Assembly (NCBI GenBank): GCA_041740355.1
Contig: JBGSMD010000015.1
Coordinates: 1 to 64,000 of the forward strand
Length of the DNA: 64,000 nt
Source of the DNA: Bdellovibrionota bacterium
GTDB lineage: Bacteria > Bdellovibrionota_C > UBA2361 > CALJRW01
Direction of reading: 5' to 3'
Part shown: one piece after another, positions 49,235-59,991 of the stretch
Layout of the letters: each line of letters starts with the position of its first letter
Position numbering within the stretch: position 1 is the first letter of the stretch
The notes under the pieces: model-generated
Told to the model about the DNA's origin: nothing
The model's database searches: none
What the model saw: only the letters and a program-made list of their open reading frames with translations
Translations under genes and position numbers: made by a program

Positions 49235-50506
49235 TTAGTAAGAACGATTTCTTCCACCACCTCCACCACCAGCGCGAGAGAATCTTCTTCCACCACCACG
49301 TCTAGCAGTTCCGGCTGGCCGCTTTTCAGCACCACGAGATTCACCTTGTCTATTAAACGGCAATGAATGCTCCGACATATCAAACTTAATTGATGTTAAG
49401 TTTTCAATTTTACGAATATCTCTAGATTGTTGGGGAGATGCAAAGGAAATTGCCCGACCAGACTTACCAGCACGTCCAGTTCTACCAATACGGTGAACAT
49501 AATCCTCGGCCGCTTGAGGTAAGTCATAATTTACAACTAATTCAATGTCCGAAACATCAATTCCACGAGCAGCAATATCTGTTGCAATTAATACTTGATA
49601 TTTACCTTGACGAAAACCATCAAGTGCCTGACGACGTTGAGCCATCGAACGGTCGGAATGCAATTCCGCCGTGTCAAAACCCATATCGTAAACCATACGA
49701 GCTAACTTCTTCGTTCCGATTTTAGTTTTTGCAAAGACAATAGTTTGTCCCGTTGAACCATCAAGGATTTTTCCAAGCATGTTGGTCTTATCAGACTGAG
49801 CAACGACACAAAGTTCTTGACGAACAAGTTCCCCAGTAACTCCTTGTTTAGTAACTTCAATTTGTACTGGATTTATCAGATGGCGATTAGACAAATCACG
49901 AATCTCTTCAGGCATTGTGGCCGAAAACAACATTGTCTGCCGATCTTTAGGAGCCAAATTTAAGATTTCTTTGATCTGTGGTGCAAATCCGATATCAAAC
50001 ATTCGATCAGCTTCATCTAAAACGATAGTTTTACAATTGTTTAAGTTAAAAGTACGACGATTCAAATGATCTTGGAGTCGTCCAGGTGTTGCAATAATAA
50101 TTCGTGGAGTTTTTTTAAAGCGCATTCTTTGTCTTTCCATTGGTACACCACCAATTAAGGTTACAGATGACAATTGAAATTTAAGATGGTCCGAAATATT
50201 ACGGAAAGCTTCCTCAACCTGCCAAGCTAATTCTCTAGTCGGCACAATTACTAATGCTTGCTCAGAATTCATGGAAAGTTTTTGCATAATCGGCAAGGCA
50301 AAAGCTAATGTTTTACCAGTTCCAGTTTGAGCAATACCAATTAAGTCTTTTCCAGAAATCGCAACAGGGATTGCTTGCTCTTGAATTGCTGTTGGGATAG
50401 TAAAGTTTTTCTTAAGTAATACTTGGTTTAGTTCTGCTGAAACACCTAACGCGATAAACGCAGACGTATCAATAGGCTGTGGCACACAGCTCTCTTGCTG
50501 ATTCAT
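49235..50506 (-). CDS. DEAD-box RNA helicase (RhlE-like)
   Basis: AQTGTGKT, PTRELA, DEAD, SAT, HRIGRTGR motifs, RGG tail; ATG 50506 with AGGAG RBS. Confidence 0.95.
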   Translation of the reverse strand: MNQQESCVPQPIDTSAFIALGVSAELNQVLLKKNFTIPTAIQEQAIPVAISGKDLIGIAQTGTGKTLAFALPIMQKLSMNSEQALVIVPTRELAWQVEEAFRNISDHLKFQLSSVTLIGGVPMERQRMRFKKTPRIIIATPGRLQDHLNRRTFNLNNCKTIVLDEADRMFDIGFAPQIKEILNLAPKDRQTMLFSATMPEEIRDLSNRHLINPVQIEVTKQGVTGELVRQELCVVAQSDKTNMLGKILDGSTGQTIVFAKTKIGTKKLARMVYDMGFDTAELHSDRSMAQRRQALDGFRQGKYQVLIATDIAARGIDVSDIELVVNYDLPQAAEDYVHRIGRTGRAGKSGRAISFASPQQSRDIRKIENLTSIKFDMSEHSLPFNRQGESRGAEKRPAGTARRGGGRRFSRAGGGGGGRNRSY

Positions 50507-50687
50507 TTTTTCTCCTGAGTAGCTAACCCAAAACAACTAATTCATTATGATTAATGCTTAGCGATGGGTATTCAATAGGGCAAAGCCGAATTGAAAAGTA
50601 AATAAACAATACTCTAGCTCTCAAAAGACAAAGGCAATTGTAAGATAGTGATTTGTTAGTACGAACGCACTTGGCGTCCAGGCGCGG

Positions 50688-50715
50688 ACTATACAGTAGA
50701 TTCCTACATAGTCAA
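50688..50715 (-). promoter_or_regulatory. Sigma-70 promoter with GC-rich discriminator for the helicase
   Basis: TTGACT-N16-TATAGT-ccgcgcc. Confidence 0.55.
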
Positions 50716-50759
50716 CTGCAGATATGCTTGGCGACTAGTTTATGGGTTCAACTCTCAAA

Positions 50760-50905
50760 TATAGTAAGTCCAGGAAGTACTTTCCAATAGGAATTACTTT
50801 CTGGGGCTTACTATCCCCCGCAAGCGTTATAAAATCATACGGTTATGACAAAAATCACAAAACTAACTTTTGAATCTTCGGAAATTAGTTTTTGTCATAA
50901 CTATA
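50760..50905. mobile_element. 146-bp MITE-like element (inverted orientation)
   Basis: Reverse complement closely matches 61758-61903. Confidence 0.88.
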
Positions 50906-51000
50906 AAATGCATATAAATCAATTACTACCAAAAAATTAAAGAATTTATTAGATTGGCCTAATAATTCTTTAGTAAACTTAATGATAGCTTTAAAAATTT

Positions 51001-52320
51001 TTAACCTGACCCTAATCTTACCTTTTTCATACCAACAAAGACCATCTTTAGTAACATTAGACCATGATAAAAGCGACGAATATTCGTCTTCCCATAGATT
51101 CGATTGCGATAATTAATAGGAAGATCTACTACCCCAAGGCCCAAAATAACTGCTGGAAAAAGTAAATTAAAGTCCCCAAAGGGATCGAATTCCCCAAAGT
51201 CTTGCCTCCACAATTGGAAACGCTGAAAGTCTGATTTTGTAAAAAGTTTTGTACCACAAAGTGAATCGCCAATTGGATATTCTAATACATGACTTAAGGC
51301 CTTAGCAAAAAAAACATTTCCAATTTGGTTTAAAAACATCATCGCCTTACCCTCCATCGGATAAACCAAACGATTGCCATTTATAAAATCCCCATGTCCC
51401 TGACAATAAGCGGCAAAGAATCTTGGTAATAGTTCAGGTGGCATAGTTAGGTCGGCATCTAGGATTGCAATCAAATTAAATTCGGCTTGTAAAACTCCCT
51501 CTTCCACGGCATTGGCCTTGCCTTCACCAGATTGCTGCACAGCTTTAATTGTAATCTGGCTTCCATACAATTCTTTTACTCTTAAAATCTCTTCCCAAGT
51601 CCGATCTTGGGAATGACCCTCAACAAAAATAACCTCAGAACAATCAAAAGATAAGGCTAATACTCGCTTAATTCCATTTTCAATATTACCATATTCATTA
51701 CGTGCAGGAATAATGATTGAAATTGCAGGAGGAGCTACTTCTTTAAGAATCGGTCTTAATATTACAATCGAGAGAAATGATAACTTTTTTATAAATGGGA
51801 TTGCAGGAAATAAGGAATTAACTAAAAAACTTATGCCAGGTATATTCACAGGCAGAAAAACTGTATTTCGAGATCTAACTATTTCAAAACCAGCTAGTTG
51901 AGTGAAATTCCTTAAATTTGTCATCGTTAAAAAATTCATTTCTGGTATTGCTTGACGCAAACCAAGCTTGCTTGCCAACTCAAAAAAGAATTTCAAGTAT
52001 GGATTATAAAGAACTAAGGCCACCCGAGATTCACGATTCATTCTACTATAAATTTGACCCAATAAGCCTAATAGATCCGAAGTGTGATTAGCATGCCCAT
52101 TAAGTAGGATTAAATTTGATTCGGAGCTATTACAACAATCGAGATCGCTAATTTGACTTAAAGTGACTTTGTCTGGAGCCTCTAATTTTCCAAAAAGAAT
52201 ATTACTGTCGTTTGCGACGGGTGGAAGTTGAATTAAGCGTGAGACATACTTGGAGATTCTGCTAATCTCCTTTGCCACAACTCCATATAAATAATCTTTA
52301 GAGTATAAATTGATAATCAT
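51001..52320 (-). CDS. GT2 glycosyltransferase with N-terminal methyltransferase-like remnant
   Basis: IPARNE, VEGHSQD, DADLTMPPE, DSLCGTK, DPFGDF motifs. Confidence 0.88.
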   Translation of the reverse strand: MIINLYSKDYLYGVVAKEISRISKYVSRLIQLPPVANDSNILFGKLEAPDKVTLSQISDLDCCNSSESNLILLNGHANHTSDLLGLLGQIYSRMNRESRVALVLYNPYLKFFFELASKLGLRQAIPEMNFLTMTNLRNFTQLAGFEIVRSRNTVFLPVNIPGISFLVNSLFPAIPFIKKLSFLSIVILRPILKEVAPPAISIIIPARNEYGNIENGIKRVLALSFDCSEVIFVEGHSQDRTWEEILRVKELYGSQITIKAVQQSGEGKANAVEEGVLQAEFNLIAILDADLTMPPELLPRFFAAYCQGHGDFINGNRLVYPMEGKAMMFLNQIGNVFFAKALSHVLEYPIGDSLCGTKLFTKSDFQRFQLWRQDFGEFDPFGDFNLLFPAVILGLGVVDLPINYRNRIYGKTNIRRFYHGLMLLKMVFVGMKKVRLGSG

Positions 52321-52415
52321 AAGAATTGCCGTGGAAAGTTTTTATTCCATTAAGTTTTGGTTTAGTCAGAGACAACAAACATCTAAGCACCTTTTATGAT
52401 TTACAACTAAGAAGA

Positions 52416-53369
52416 TTAAATTTTATTATTCTCAATCGCCCAGCGATAGGATTCTTCTAATCCAGCTTCTAATTCAATCTTTGGTTTCCAACCCAAATTA
52501 CTAATTCGACTAATATCCAAAACCTTGCGTGGTGTTCCATCAGGTTTAGTTAAATCGAAGACTACTTCTCCTTGATACCCAACCACCTTTTTTATTAACA
52601 ATGCTAATTCTTTTATTTCAATATCAACGCCTGATCCAATATTAATAATAGAATGAAAGGCGGTATCAGGTATAAAGTTTTTAGTATCAGTTTTAAGTAA
52701 CAAAATTAGCGCTTCAGCTAAATCATCAACATGTAAAAATTCACGCCGCGGAGCACCTGAACCCCAAATTTCAACTTCGGGTAAATTATTAATCTTAGCA
52801 TGATGTAAGCGATTTAATAAGCCTGGAATTACATGTGAATGTTCTGGGTGGTAATTATCTCCCGGTCCGTAAAGATTTGTTGGCATCACGGCAACAAAAT
52901 CTTTTCCATACTGCAATCTAAATTTCTCGCAAAGTTTAAGTCCGGCGATCTTGGCAATTGCATATCCTTCATTTGTCGGCTCTAGCGGGCCAGCTAAGAG
53001 ACATTCCTCTTTTATCGGTTGCGGCGCATGTTTTGGATAAATACATGAGCTTCCTAAATAGATTAATTTTTTAATATTAAATTCATGCGCAGCTTTGATC
53101 ACATTCCCTGCGATCATCATGTTTTCATAGAGAAAGTCTGCTTGATACTGAGAATTATAAAGAATTCCGCCGACCTTGGCTGCTGCTAAAAATACATAAT
53201 CTATCTGATTATTTGCAAAAAAGTCATTAACAGCCGATTGATTTATTAAATCTAATTCTTGATGGGTACGCACTAGGAGATTATAGTCCCCTAGTCCCGT
53301 CAATCTTCTGATAAGTGCCGAGCCTACAAGGCCACGATGTCCAGTTACAAAAATTGTGGCAGTACTCAT
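52416..53369 (-). CDS. fcl: GDP-L-fucose synthase
   Basis: GHRGLVG, AAAKVGGI, GSSCIYP, YAIAK, PTNLYGP motifs. Confidence 0.96.
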   Translation of the reverse strand: MSTATIFVTGHRGLVGSALIRRLTGLGDYNLLVRTHQELDLINQSAVNDFFANNQIDYVFLAAAKVGGILYNSQYQADFLYENMMIAGNVIKAAHEFNIKKLIYLGSSCIYPKHAPQPIKEECLLAGPLEPTNEGYAIAKIAGLKLCEKFRLQYGKDFVAVMPTNLYGPGDNYHPEHSHVIPGLLNRLHHAKINNLPEVEIWGSGAPRREFLHVDDLAEALILLLKTDTKNFIPDTAFHSIINIGSGVDIEIKELALLIKKVVGYQGEVVFDLTKPDGTPRKVLDISRISNLGWKPKIELEAGLEESYRWAIENNKI

Positions 53370-53621
53370 TGCTTAAATTGAAAAAAGATAAAAATAATTA
53401 TTTTTCTGTTTGTGGTTATGACGAAGGGCGCAACTCACTTACTTAAAATCTTACTACTCAAGAATATAATATATACGATATTTATTGACGATAAAAGACT
53501 TTATTATACTTGTTTAGTTTCTGATATCTATTTGATACTAGGCGACATTGAAAAGTAACTTTATATAACTTGTCGCCTGCTATATGAAGCACAATGACTT
53601 AAGTGACAATTGGATCTTAAT

Positions 53622-55103
53622 TTAATAATTTATCGCCACATTCATGGATCTTTGATTATCAAAAAATTTTCTAAAATAGTTTTTATATTTTTTTAAAACA
53701 TCAAATATATTGGAAATTAATATTCCTAGCAAAGTAAGATACAAAAAATCAATCTCGAAACGATAGCGATTAAAATCGTCTGTAGATACACCTGCTGTAA
53801 TAACTGTAACGTATAAAATATTAAAAATTATGAAGCATAAAGTCAGCCAACAAATCAGATTATGGGGATCTTTTATATAAACATATAATGCTTTGATACT
53901 TCCAAATATGATTAATATGGGTAGGCCAAAAAGCAATGCCCAAGAAATATCTGAGGAGTCTGCTTTAAGTAGAAATAAACGATCATAGTGATCTGATAAT
54001 ATGCTAACAAAATTATTTTCATTAGCCTTTCTTGCATGAAAATCCTTACTAGCAGGATAAAAGTATTTTTTTGTTATTATGAAGCTCTTAAGATAAGCCA
54101 TTGGGTAGTGTTTCATTACCTCAAAAAACCCATCCATAAATGAATCAGAAATTTCTAAATATCCTAGATGATTAAAATTTTTTTTGCCCGTGCTTTTAAA
54201 CTCTTGGTCTAAAGCCGGGATACCAGTTTTAGTTAGTAACATTTCGCTTGAATATCTTGATATCTCATAATGAGGGCTGTGAAAAAAAAATGAAGGCAAA
54301 ACATTCAACTTCGATAAATTATCGCGCTCCTCTTTCGATAAAAATTTAACTACCCTAGATGGGATATTACGTCCTAGATATGAAGTGCTTGGATGTATCT
54401 TATCAAAAATGACATATTGTTTGATCGAATATAGCGTTAATATAATAAATGGCAGAATAAATGTCTGTAAAATTATCTTTCGATCGTTCTTACACAATAC
54501 TAGGAGAACTAAAAAGAAAAAACATAATATTTCCACTCTAAATGTAGCTCGAGTGAGAATTAATATTGTGAGCATAAAATAAAAGCCAAAAACATCTTTC
54601 CATTTTCTATATCTTAGAAAAACTACTAAATAGTATGCACTAGCACACAACAAAAAGGCAGCAGGATATGAATAAAAAAGCCAACTTTCATAGATTAATG
54701 TTGTTGGTGAAACAATAAAAATCACCGCCAAGCCAAGTGCTATATAGCGTTTAACGCCAATTTGCTTCATCAACTGAAAAAGATAGAGTGAGAAAAATAG
54801 ACCTAATAGGTGAAAGCTTAATTGGAAAGCAATAGCGTAATTGATGGGGAACAACTTTAAAACTAATCCTAGGTAAAGATTAAATAAAGGAGGTTGCTGA
54901 TGAAGGTAAAAGATACTGCGCAATAAATCTTCCCGTAAAAGTTTGGGGTCTAAATACTGCCAATAATAATCAATTGTTTGACTATCGAAATTAAGATTAA
55001 AGTAAATAGAATAGATAAACCGTGATAAAACAAAAATTAAAAAAATTAGAAACGTGTCTTTCTTTATTACCCTGTTATATGTCTGATGAAATAAAGTATG
55101 CAT
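53622..55103 (-). CDS. GT-C-like polytopic membrane protein
   Basis: HQQPPL loop, many TM segments, NRYRF; in glycan gene context. Confidence 0.65.
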   Translation of the reverse strand: MHTLFHQTYNRVIKKDTFLIFLIFVLSRFIYSIYFNLNFDSQTIDYYWQYLDPKLLREDLLRSIFYLHQQPPLFNLYLGLVLKLFPINYAIAFQLSFHLLGLFFSLYLFQLMKQIGVKRYIALGLAVIFIVSPTTLIYESWLFYSYPAAFLLCASAYYLVVFLRYRKWKDVFGFYFMLTILILTRATFRVEILCFFFLVLLVLCKNDRKIILQTFILPFIILTLYSIKQYVIFDKIHPSTSYLGRNIPSRVVKFLSKEERDNLSKLNVLPSFFFHSPHYEISRYSSEMLLTKTGIPALDQEFKSTGKKNFNHLGYLEISDSFMDGFFEVMKHYPMAYLKSFIITKKYFYPASKDFHARKANENNFVSILSDHYDRLFLLKADSSDISWALLFGLPILIIFGSIKALYVYIKDPHNLICWLTLCFIIFNILYVTVITAGVSTDDFNRYRFEIDFLYLTLLGILISNIFDVLKKYKNYFRKFFDNQRSMNVAINY

Positions 55104-55138
55104 ATTAATCCAGGGTTGATTAAATAATAAATCCTATC

Positions 55139-55470
55139 TGAGCTTGCCCCAAATTTTCACCATTTGAGTTAATGTACAATTTGAGTTAATTTCTTAAATT
55201 CGTTGGGACCAATAGCTAATGTCAGAATGCATTCATTTTGCATTGTAGAATCTTTCTATCCACTGCCTAATACTAACAGCGGCAGATAATCTTAATTTGT
55301 ATCTGTTTCTATCAACAAGTTCAACCTATAAAGTATGGAAGAAACTTTCTGCTACTGCATTGTCATAGCAATTGCCGCTTCGACTCATACTAGGTTGAAT
55401 ACTATTTAAAATCATGACTAGCATAAATACTACCCCTGTCAGAATGATAAAATAGTTCTCTGGGTTGTTG
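55139..55470 (-). mobile_element. IS3-family remnant (decayed orfB 3' end plus right inverted repeat)
   Basis: HSDRGSIYAS and SMSRSGNCYDNAVAESFFHTL*VEL..IERFYN with stops; ends ...ggggcaagctCA at 55139. Confidence 0.88.
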
Positions 55471-55624
55471 TCTTCTCAGTAATACCATCCTAAAAACAGT
55501 AACTTCTAAAGTTGCATCATTACGATTACTAGAATAAAATCCAAAAAACTTTTTTGGGAAAATTACATCATGAGATTACTGTAATTAAACCTAACCAAAA
55601 GCTTGAATGAAATATGCTTATGAA

Positions 55625-57184
55625 CTAGCCAGACCCATCAACAAATTTGAAACTAAAAACAAACAAATTCTTACTTACATCAATCCGGGAAAAGGAAATA
55701 GACTCAAGTGGCATTTCCCAAAACGTAGGGAAAAATGAACTCATCAGATAAGCATACCTTTTTCCAATAGCACTACTTCCTTCCGAATTAGCAAGTTGAT
55801 CAATACAAATCTTTACTCCTTTTTTTGTACTTAGTTGGAAAAGATCTATTTGACAGTAAAATTTGGGAATTTCTTGGTATAATTGGAAAAATTCTGGTGC
55901 AAGAAACTGATTCTTTTGGAAGAAATCTTCCATAAAAGTCGATGTAATTATTAAATCTATTGGAGGATTTTTAGCATTAATTAAATCTGATATCATACTA
56001 AAGCTTTGACTTGTAAGTCCCACCTCAAAAAAATCAGAATTTTTTATATTAAATTTTTCAGGATTGACAAACGAGATCCGAGGAGACTCCAAGTTGAAAA
56101 ACAGAGCAATCATTAAGATTAGTGAAATCAGTTTTAGTAAAATTAAATCAAACTCCACAAAACGCTTTATTGAGTAACAGATGATTATCAATAATATTAT
56201 TGAAAAAAGCGCCGTATGCCTCCCTGGGTATAGTGGGTAGAGTTCAAATTGTGCCATCAAAACGTAAGTAGTCAAAGGAATTAAAGCAAGCGCTAGGGTC
56301 CTCCACTCCTTTTTCCAAAAACTGAAAATTATACCAGAAACAAACAGGAACAAAATGACAAAGGGTGTATCGTAGGAATTGCTTAGATTCACTTGAAAAA
56401 CACGTCCAGTAGTCTTAATCAGCGATTCCATATTCAGACTCAGGTAATCTCGTATATATGCCGAACTTTCTGGCCGATAATGAGATTTCTGATAGACTAA
56501 ATAAATTTGAATTAAAAATAGACCTAGCTGAGCAATGCAAATTGATGCCCAGATCATGGCTGACTTTATCCTTCCACGATACAATAGCTGACAAAATCCA
56601 ATCAGCGAAATACTAAGAACTATCCCAATCACTCCATAATCTGTAAAGAATAGGAGGAAGCCCGAAATTAAAAACATCAAGAAATCTCTATTGCGCTCGG
56701 ATCTAATTATCGAGATCCAGTAGTAGAGATATAAAATCAAAATTATTGCTGCCAGCATATAGGGGCGGGTCCCCTGAGACGTAGAAATAAACAAATTACT
56801 GAATGTAATAATTGTAGCACCAGTGAGACCTGCAATCCTACTACTGTAAATATTTACAATAAAAAAATAGAAAGCTGGAATTAGAATAACACCTGGCAAT
56901 AAAGCAATTAATCGCGAAAGGTAGATACTATCAGAGGATCTTAAAATAACATTCAGAATTAGGTTTCTAAGCGGAGGATGCGCATCAAAATAAGAATTTA
57001 TAATAATGTTCCATGGGCTCCCTAATGACAGATCTATATGTCTGATGTCATCTAGTCCCAAACCATAATCCTTAATCCCATAAATTCTTAGGTATGAACC
57101 AAGAATAATTAAAATAGCTAGTGCGAAAATAAAAAACTTAGAACTATGTGTTCGCAGAAAACACTGGAGCATTTTAATTGTCAT
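55625..57184 (-). CDS. GT39/PMT-like membrane glycosyltransferase
   Basis: LR..GLDD, DAHPPL, SQGTRPY motifs. Confidence 0.8.
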   Translation of the reverse strand: MTIKMLQCFLRTHSSKFFIFALAILIILGSYLRIYGIKDYGLGLDDIRHIDLSLGSPWNIIINSYFDAHPPLRNLILNVILRSSDSIYLSRLIALLPGVILIPAFYFFIVNIYSSRIAGLTGATIITFSNLFISTSQGTRPYMLAAIILILYLYYWISIIRSERNRDFLMFLISGFLLFFTDYGVIGIVLSISLIGFCQLLYRGRIKSAMIWASICIAQLGLFLIQIYLVYQKSHYRPESSAYIRDYLSLNMESLIKTTGRVFQVNLSNSYDTPFVILFLFVSGIIFSFWKKEWRTLALALIPLTTYVLMAQFELYPLYPGRHTALFSIILLIIICYSIKRFVEFDLILLKLISLILMIALFFNLESPRISFVNPEKFNIKNSDFFEVGLTSQSFSMISDLINAKNPPIDLIITSTFMEDFFQKNQFLAPEFFQLYQEIPKFYCQIDLFQLSTKKGVKICIDQLANSEGSSAIGKRYAYLMSSFFPTFWEMPLESISFSRIDVSKNLFVFSFKFVDGSG

Positions 57185-57342
57185 AACGAATCTGGAGAGT
57201 AACTAAACTGATATTAAACTTATCAAAAACAAGTTTAGTTGACTAGAACTTTAGGATGAGCATAACTAAGAATCGACACCAACAACTGACCACGATTATA
57301 TCTATCATTTAAACTTTTTCCAGTATATCTTGCGATCTATAA

Positions 57343-58251
57343 ATGAGTTACGGTTTATTAATTACAAAATTTGGAGGAAATCTGGGTGACGATATCCAAA
57401 GCTTAGCGGCCATGCGTTATCTACCCAAAATTGATTTCTATATTCATCGTGATAAAATCTCACAGGCTGTTGTTGCTCCACACACTCGCGTAATTATGAA
57501 TGGTTGGTTTATGCATAACATGCGATTTTGGCCACCACACCAAAATATAGACCCGCTATTCCTTTCCTTTCATGCTAGAATAGCCAAAGCTAGTAACAAA
57601 ATGGAGTGGCTCTCGGATCGACTCTTTGGTCCCGGTGCTGTGGGAAGTTGTTCTGATCAGAAATATGCCGAATATTATCAGCCCCATATTCCAATTGGGT
57701 GCCGCGACCAAACGACAAAAGAGGCATTCGATGCGATCGGAGTACCATCATATTTTTCAGGTTGTCTTACCTTAACCTTGCCTCAAAGCTCAAAACCTCG
57801 CACTGATGAGATTGTATTTGTTGATCCTTTTGGACCATTTCCCTTCACAAACTATCAACCTGATCTATGGTACAAAATACCAAAAGCTATCAGACGGAAT
57901 GCCACAAGACTCACTCATCTTAATTGTTCTTCAAATCTTGAAAAACGCTTTACTATTGCTCGTAATAATCTATCGATTTATCAAACTGCTTCTTTAGTCA
58001 TTACATCCAGATTACATGTCGCCTTACCATGTATAGCCTTTGGCACAGATGTAATTTTGATCTCTACTAATCACAGAGATTATCGTTTAAAAGGCTATGA
58101 AAAGTTATTACAAGCTCACTCTATTGATGATTTTTTGATAGCCTCTAGAAATGGAAGATTTAAGGAACTAATTTCAAATGCGGATCAAGGTATTCTTCAG
58201 AATTTAAAAAATAAACTTGAGGAGTCTTGCCAAAAATTTATTAGCCAATAA
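57343..58251 (+). CDS. Polysaccharide pyruvyl transferase family protein
   Basis: NLGDDIQS, MNGWF, IGCRD, TSRLHVALP motifs. Confidence 0.88.
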   Translation: MSYGLLITKFGGNLGDDIQSLAAMRYLPKIDFYIHRDKISQAVVAPHTRVIMNGWFMHNMRFWPPHQNIDPLFLSFHARIAKASNKMEWLSDRLFGPGAVGSCSDQKYAEYYQPHIPIGCRDQTTKEAFDAIGVPSYFSGCLTLTLPQSSKPRTDEIVFVDPFGPFPFTNYQPDLWYKIPKAIRRNATRLTHLNCSSNLEKRFTIARNNLSIYQTASLVITSRLHVALPCIAFGTDVILISTNHRDYRLKGYEKLLQAHSIDDFLIASRNGRFKELISNADQGILQNLKNKLEESCQKFISQ

Positions 58252-58403
58252 CTTTCTTACACAATTCAAATCAATATATATTAAAGAATATATTGTTTGC
58301 AATTTTTAGAGCGAGCCAATAAATTCAATTCGTTCTATAATAATTTTAACTACTATTAGATAACTAAATTTTAAATAGTAATTTTAAATATCGCCAATTA
58401 AAG

Positions 58404-59957
58404 ATGAATAATCTTCATTTAAATAATAAGGCTAATCTCCGATGTCTTAATCAAATAAGCGTATTCTGTGTATTTTTAATTTCAGCTCTTTTTCTAATCA
58501 ACATTTCAAACCTCCTCTCAAAAGGTTATGTATTAAGTGGAGACGAATTTCAATATGTTACACAAGCCGATCGCTTTTTAACAAATCAAATAGTCACTGA
58601 AAAAAAATATTACCTCCCAGAGATCGATTTCCATGCTTACAAGAACCATAATCATTTTGCCTCGAAATACCCTCCTGGTTTCTCTGCTTTTCTAGCTCTT
58701 GGTAAATTATTTGGCATAGAAACCTGGGTTAATCCCTTATTGGGAGCACTTACGGTAACATTATTTTATTGCATTTTGAGGAGATTCATGTCCCTTCAGA
58801 TGACTTTATTTTCTTCACTACTGCTACTATTAAATCCTATCTTTTGGGGCTATGCACAAAGCTACTATCCACACACACTAACGCAGGCAATTTTTCTATT
58901 AGTGATTTATCTCTTACTACACTGGATCTATAGAGAGAAATGTAATTTTTATAGTTTATTAATTTTTGCATTTTGTATTTTAGTGTTAACTCGAATCACT
59001 GATTCAATCTGCTTACTGGTTATTGTTGTAATTATATCAATAATCTTTAAAGCTTGGAAAATTTTAGCTTATTCTTTCTGCGGATTCATAATTGGTGGAT
59101 TAATCCTCCTAAACTATAATCACTTAATTTCTGGTATTTATCAGCTTAGTCTATACGGCCATAATGATTTTACATTATTAGGTCTATTAAAGGGAAAGTA
59201 TGAACTACTAAGTTATTTAACTTGGTATTTAGAAGGTTTAAAATTACGAACTGGAGATTTATTTCTCAATTGGTATATTGTCTTTAGTGGCTATATCTAT
59301 CCATTACTTGGGATATTAGGATTGGTAATTGCATTCACTAAGCTTAAGCAATACAAAATTCTTGTACTTATACTTTGCTTATCTATTATTACGATCACAG
59401 TATTTCATAGCTTTGCTCCCTATATGGGCTGGCCATTTTTTGGGGTTCGATATCAATCATTCTGGGTAATAGCATTTGGTGGATTTGTGGCATTACCAAT
59501 AATACATTTACCTTCCGGTATTATAAAAAAAATTGCTATTGTGTTTATTGTTTTTTGGCAATTATTTGTCTCTTATCAGCAATTTTCTGGATATCGCTTA
59601 AGATATCAATACCTTGATGACTTATATGGAAGTATCGCAGAATCCTGTAATGAGAACAACTTTGCAATTTATAAACGTGACTATCTCTTGTTGCCCTATA
59701 TGCTTAATTCTGAGCTTGGACGTGCCCCAATTCCTGGTTTAGAAATACCCGCCGTTCCTCTATTTAATATCCAAAATAAAAGGATAGCAGTAATAAAAGT
59801 AAGAAGTAAAAATTCGGAACGATTTAAAAACCTCAAACAATGCTTCTGGTCGCGTCAAGATACCAAGACATTTATTGCAAAATTTCATAGTGCTCAACAA
59901 TATTTTTTCGTACCTTTTAAAGGAGATAATAAATCATTTCCTCCACATAAAAAATGA
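58404..59957 (+). CDS. GT-C membrane glycosyltransferase (GT39-like)
   Basis: SGDEFQY, SKYPPG, VNPLLG, GVRY motifs. Confidence 0.75.
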   Translation: MNNLHLNNKANLRCLNQISVFCVFLISALFLINISNLLSKGYVLSGDEFQYVTQADRFLTNQIVTEKKYYLPEIDFHAYKNHNHFASKYPPGFSAFLALGKLFGIETWVNPLLGALTVTLFYCILRRFMSLQMTLFSSLLLLLNPIFWGYAQSYYPHTLTQAIFLLVIYLLLHWIYREKCNFYSLLIFAFCILVLTRITDSICLLVIVVIISIIFKAWKILAYSFCGFIIGGLILLNYNHLISGIYQLSLYGHNDFTLLGLLKGKYELLSYLTWYLEGLKLRTGDLFLNWYIVFSGYIYPLLGILGLVIAFTKLKQYKILVLILCLSIITITVFHSFAPYMGWPFFGVRYQSFWVIAFGGFVALPIIHLPSGIIKKIAIVFIVFWQLFVSYQQFSGYRLRYQYLDDLYGSIAESCNENNFAIYKRDYLLLPYMLNSELGRAPIPGLEIPAVPLFNIQNKRIAVIKVRSKNSERFKNLKQCFWSRQDTKTFIAKFHSAQQYFFVPFKGDNKSFPPHKK

Positions 59958-59991
59958 ACAGGGATAATAATTTTCAAGCTAATTACTTGCT

